Of a stretch of 52,470 nt of DNA, positions 47,563 to 52,470 are shown in pieces; position 1 is the first letter of the stretch, and the number at the start of each line of letters is the position of its first letter. Under the pieces are notes generated by a model that saw nothing but the letters and a program-made list of their open reading frames with translations, had not been told where the DNA came from and did not search any database. This stretch comes from Phoronis australis. Lineage: Eukaryota > Animalia > Phoronida. The translations under genes were made by a program, and so were the position numbers. The stretch is from contig NMRA01000167.1 in NCBI GenBank assembly GCA_002633005.1, positions 42,183-94,652 on the forward strand, in the 5' to 3' direction.

Positions 47563-50500
47563 ATAGCATTCCACCGTATAATCCGTTAGCAATGGGTCCC
47601 AACACGGCACATGCAAACTTGAAATTTTTGTCACATTTGTATTCTCGAAGTAGCACCTCAGTGGCGAGCCGCGTCTTTTCTTTCAAGAGAGACTGAAGGG
47701 TTTGAGAACAATACCAACTGGGTGTGGGGGTACCTGGAAACGATATGCAATAGACCGTGCAAGACCGTAATCTCTTTAATGTTACTTATTATACATGTAT
47801 GTGCATAAGCACACATCTTGCGCTACCTTTATTAATTTAGGGACAAATTTTCCGCACGTTCAAACAATTAATAACAACAATGCGGTTTGATAGTTTTGAT
47901 AGCGTTTAATAAAAACAAATGGAAAGGATAACACGAGTGATGACGACTTCACGGTTACTACAGAGTCCTTCAAGGTTCTTGAGTTGAACGTGAAACAGCG
48001 GCTCCATGTTACATCAATAAGCACCATCACCCGTTCCCGTAAGAGACACATCCCCCTTTGGTAGCCGACAAAAGTGTATAATTGACAGGAAAATATTTTT
48101 TTGGCATTCATTTATATTGCGACAAATCGTGTACGTGTAATTTTGTGTATGGGTAAGGGTGATATATCCTTGATCCGCCATGACGTTTCGTTTTCGTCCG
48201 TCCACAGCAGTACAGTGAATATGGCGTTTTCGCGAAAAAAAAAACAAAAAAACACACACATTATTTCCAAAACCAGTCACAGGAGTCCGTTCACAGACAG
48301 ATGCATTTTAATTAGATTTATTTTACATCCACCCTCGTGTTTGAAATAGAACCGACACTGAAGCGTAGTCCAAGTAGACCTGCAATAATGGTTTATTATA
48401 TTAAATAAACAATAAAGTCAGCTTTAAAATTGTGATCTGATTTGTTTACTGCGCAAGTTCATACCGGCGTTTTAGTTAGCGGTGTTTACTTCTGGTTGAA
48501 CCCCGTTCATCAAAGAAAAAGCTTTTGATTAAAACCACTTTGTACCACCTGGGTCGTGTTTGACAAGACCAACTTCAAAACAGCAAGAGGTCTACATCAA
48601 CAGTTGTTTTTTGACAGAAGGTGGCTTTCCATTAGCTTCATTTAGTGACTCTCCCTGGATTAATGAAACCTGAATGAAACAGCAAAAGACCAGCATCTTG
48701 AGTCTGCATTCATTTGCATCGAGAAAATGCAATATCTGACAGAGACTGTCCAGTCAGGAGTTGGTTACTGCATTCGATCATTGAAAGTGAATGGAGAAAC
48801 AAGATGTCGTCCTTTTGACAAGCCCTTTGCATCACTTTGCCGTTGTAAGCAAACGGGAAGGGAACAATAATGGACGCCAAAGATGTTTTACCATAACCAG
48901 GGACGTGTATGTCTAGAAATGGACCCACCAAACGTTTTTATTTTCCCCGTCAACCACAACATAGTAATCCGTTTTTTCTACCAGGTTTCACACCACTAAC
49001 AGAAATATTCCACTTCTAAAAATGACAAATTGAAGTCTTAAAATCCCCTATAATGCCCCTATAATAAACAAAGATTCACCAGAACAAATACCCCTCCTAC
49101 GAAAATCCCAAACATGTCCCCAAATCCACACCGAATGGGGGGGGGCGACACCCCAAATTGTCTGCGCTGGAATCGAATGGACATATGACTGTATGCTTTC
49201 CCTTGATTATCTCCTTGTAGGTGGATAGTGAAGAACACCGTTTTCAAAATCTTACAGGTAACATTTAATAACAGTGGACATGTATGCAACAACAAAGCAC
49301 ATCAAAGTTAATGCATGCCATATATAATGATCTCTGATTTCTAATTTATGCTTTCCTTATATATTTCTGAAAAATTGAAATTAATATTTTCCAAAACACT
49401 GTAGAATCTCAGCAATTCTGAACACAATAGGGCAACAGCTCAAGTTTTACTTTCCCACTGTGTAATTAGATAAAAGTTCCACCAAATTAAAATTCATCTG
49501 CTATGGAGTTCTGTTCTCTGTTCAAATATCTAAAAATTGTGGGTTCTCACATCAATGTTAGACACTCTGATAAATGGAATGAGGGCAATTTTACCAATTA
49601 GTTTGTCTGAAATTTGTGAGAATCTACAGTGGCAAGACAATTTTTCACTGATTTAAAATAAATAAAGAAATCAATTCTACAGTTTATTACGATTCATGGC
49701 AACTCTTTTCTCCATCCCACCACATAACAGTTTCAATACACCGACATAATCATGCAANATACAGCGCGCAACACGCTGACATCACGTGACCAATTCATCT
49801 GGTGAGAACAGCGTCAAAAACAAGAGGACGAGATGACATCGCGCAACTGCCGACCAACATGGAGGATGGGGCATTACATCATCAATCTACTGCCGTCAAC
49901 TTGATTATGCTTCGACACCATCACATACAGTCTTGTACCCACTTCTTCAGTCTACACCGTTACTCCAGTGAGTTCAGCCCTTTCGGGCATGTCCAAGTCA
50001 TTTAACACAGTACCTAGGCTTCAAGCAATCGATTTTGCTTCCGGAAGGAACGCCTCCCAATACTTTATGACCTGGAAAAGACGAAGTGTGAATGATATTA
50101 TACAAACTTTCTCCCAACATACGACTAGATGCTAGTAAGTCCAGAGAAGAGGCGAGACCAGATGGGGAGCAGGGGTTCATCCGTGCTTTTAAAAATAGGG
50201 CATCCAAAATAGGTTTCCCAATTACTCAGGTCGTCCTTGACCAATGACATGTGACTACATTTTATGACCTCAAGTCAAATTGCTGTTCGAGTGGCATATG
50301 TTGCTGAGGCGACATGGTTCTACATGAAAGTCTTACATAATTCATTTTCTAAATCTACTTTTTAATTCCGGACAGGCTATTGAGCTCCCAGAGCCGTTGT
50401 GAGCATGTGCAAAGAGGCACGACTATGCTTTCTGGCTTACTTTACTTCCGGTCACAAATGCTCAACACGGTGTCCTAGCTACGGTGTCTAAATTTGAGTG

Positions 50501-52470
50501 AGGGTGTTCAGTTGGACGCCCTGGTAACCCTTTGGTGAGGGCCTGGTGGGGATGGAAAGGATGCAATTCTCTGTGCAGTTTTGGAAAGACTTAAGTGCTG
50601 CTGAAGATTTAGACCACCCTACTCTTTTGCAGCTTTTTTAACATAAAACTCAGCTCCCCCCCTTGCCATCAGCAAAATGTGACACTACAATGTCCTTCCA
50701 GGACATTATCAAAATTGTTTTCACTCCATCAGAACTCTAGTTGTAGTCCTTCTGTGAAAATGCAGCGCGGCAGTGAGTAATCAGTCAAGGGCCTGCCAGA
50801 CATTTGCATCATCTATGACAGATCTCACGACCAGATAACGACGCTCCTCATTCATCATTAATAGTGACCGCAAATTGTACTACAAAATGAAACTAATGGC
50901 TTTCCAGGATACCATCTAGGAGTAATGGCAGATATCTTAACAGAATTTACATTGGAAAAGACTTAAGACTATGTCTGTGGTATAAACGTCTCTATCGCAT
51001 AATTACGGTAATTTTCGGAAAGGAATGGTATTCAGTTACGACTAAACCACTAATTATGTAAAAATTCATACTTGGCAGAAGACACACTTTTCTATTTCAA
51101 AAACAGAGCAGGTAATGTCAACAAAAGAGAATTGTGTAAACATCGCATGAACTAATTAACATGCTTGGTATTTACCCGGTACTTTAAAAACCATGTGACC
51201 TTTTTTAACTCATAACATTTAAATAAAACTGAGCCCTTTTTACGACCGTTTAAAGCGTGTAATGCACCACAGTTCTGCCATAGTATACACAAATATGTTT
51301 ATCACCAACAAAAAGTTTTTAGTCAGTAAAAATGGAAGCATCAAGCAGTTTGGTAATCTCTCTTCTGTTTTGCACAAAAGCAAATTGTCTTTATGTCAAA
51401 TTGCAATTTTCTGTTTACCAACTGAAAGATAAATTACTAGAGGAGTGAAAATTCTCAAACTTTACCTTAAATTAAATTATTTTTGGATAGGTGTTCACAA
51501 TGAAACCATGCTTGTGGTGAAATCAACACTATTATTGAAAAAAATGGCACACAGGCTAAATTTTACTTGTCAGCCTAATTGTGCAGTTAATTTTTTTAAG
51601 AGCGTTTTCACATATCTAGCCATAAATTAAATAGTTTCACAGTAGTCTGTCAATCTGCTCATGTTTGAAAGCCAGTCAGAATGGTTGTGAGCAAGAAAAT
51701 CCCGTTGTGGCATGTTAACACAGTGCACATAATACACTGTCATGTCAGATTACTCACACACACACACATACTCGTTCGCCCTCCTGGGACGGCGACTGAT
51801 TGGCCCATTTCTAAAAACTTATTAACTACAGTTTCAAGAAACAGTCGTTAAACGACACAAACTGATGACTTTCTAATTACCATAGCGACATGTTTTGAAA
51901 GAATGCCAACAGTGAAAACAGCCAATGCTGTCTCCATACAGTCCAAACAAAAAGTATTGAGACAAAATTCCCCAGAATTCCTCATCATGACGTCTAGGTA
52001 GAAACCGAATTAATTGTCAGAGTAGTCTCCCCTGATGACTGAGAATGAAGGGAAGTAACAGGAAACTTAGTGACGTGAAATTAGAATTTTGTCACCCTAA
52101 TAATAATTTATGCTGTGAACATGACGGGAAAAGGGTATTTTGTCTTGTGCTGTACTTCTAAAGCTCAAAGTTTGATGCACGGCGTACAAACACACAGAAA
52201 AGTGAAGATCTTCAATTTGCAGCACAATATGGTGAAAAAGTTTGGTAAAATTGTGACAGCACCTAAATAACTTTCAGTCATGTTCAGCCCCATCTCGAGG
52301 CTACGTGAGACATTAGAAAAATATCCACATGTGGCTAACATCGGAACATATATCGGAAAATGGCTGACCAGATTCAAGTGAAACTTTCCTATAGTGTGCT
52401 TTATTGTGGAAAGCAACTTCAAGAGATCCTAATTATCTCGAAAAGATATTGTTCCATAGTAATTAGTGTT

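Noticed and set aside
52032-52075. CTGATGA...GAAAC hammerhead-like words
   Set aside because: No valid NUH cleavage triplet or stem I.

Overview
This is AT-rich eukaryotic DNA with CpG retained, most likely a marine invertebrate. An ascidian/tunicate is plausible, but that is inference. Almost all ORFs in the supplied track look spurious. The one clear protein-coding feature is a 322-aa neuropeptide prepropeptide at 32216-33184 (+). It has a signal peptide, a compact six-cysteine motif (CxCC-x7-CCxxC), three KR...GKR-flanked amidated decapeptides with consensus (S/G)DxFF(H/Q)(G/S)AxF-NH2, one divergent amidated peptide and two related C-terminal peptides with a P-x3-(I/V)-P-(F/Y)-(I/L) motif. 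I do not recognise it as a named family. Its coding exon starts at a strong splice acceptor 7 nt before the ATG and is followed by tandem AATAAA. A TATA promoter with two non-coding exons about 9.4 kb upstream (22627-22898) probably belongs to it. Other content: a spliced, apparently non-coding minus-strand transcript (about 13.8-15.0 kb), a speculative second small secreted precursor (5036-6615, -), a Penelope-like retroelement 3' remnant with a minimal hammerhead ribozyme motif, four copies of a CAG...CTG MITE with 5-bp TSDs, a (GT)39 microsatellite, several palindromes, and two ~1-1.3 kb tandem duplications around single N's that look like haplotype assembly artefacts.
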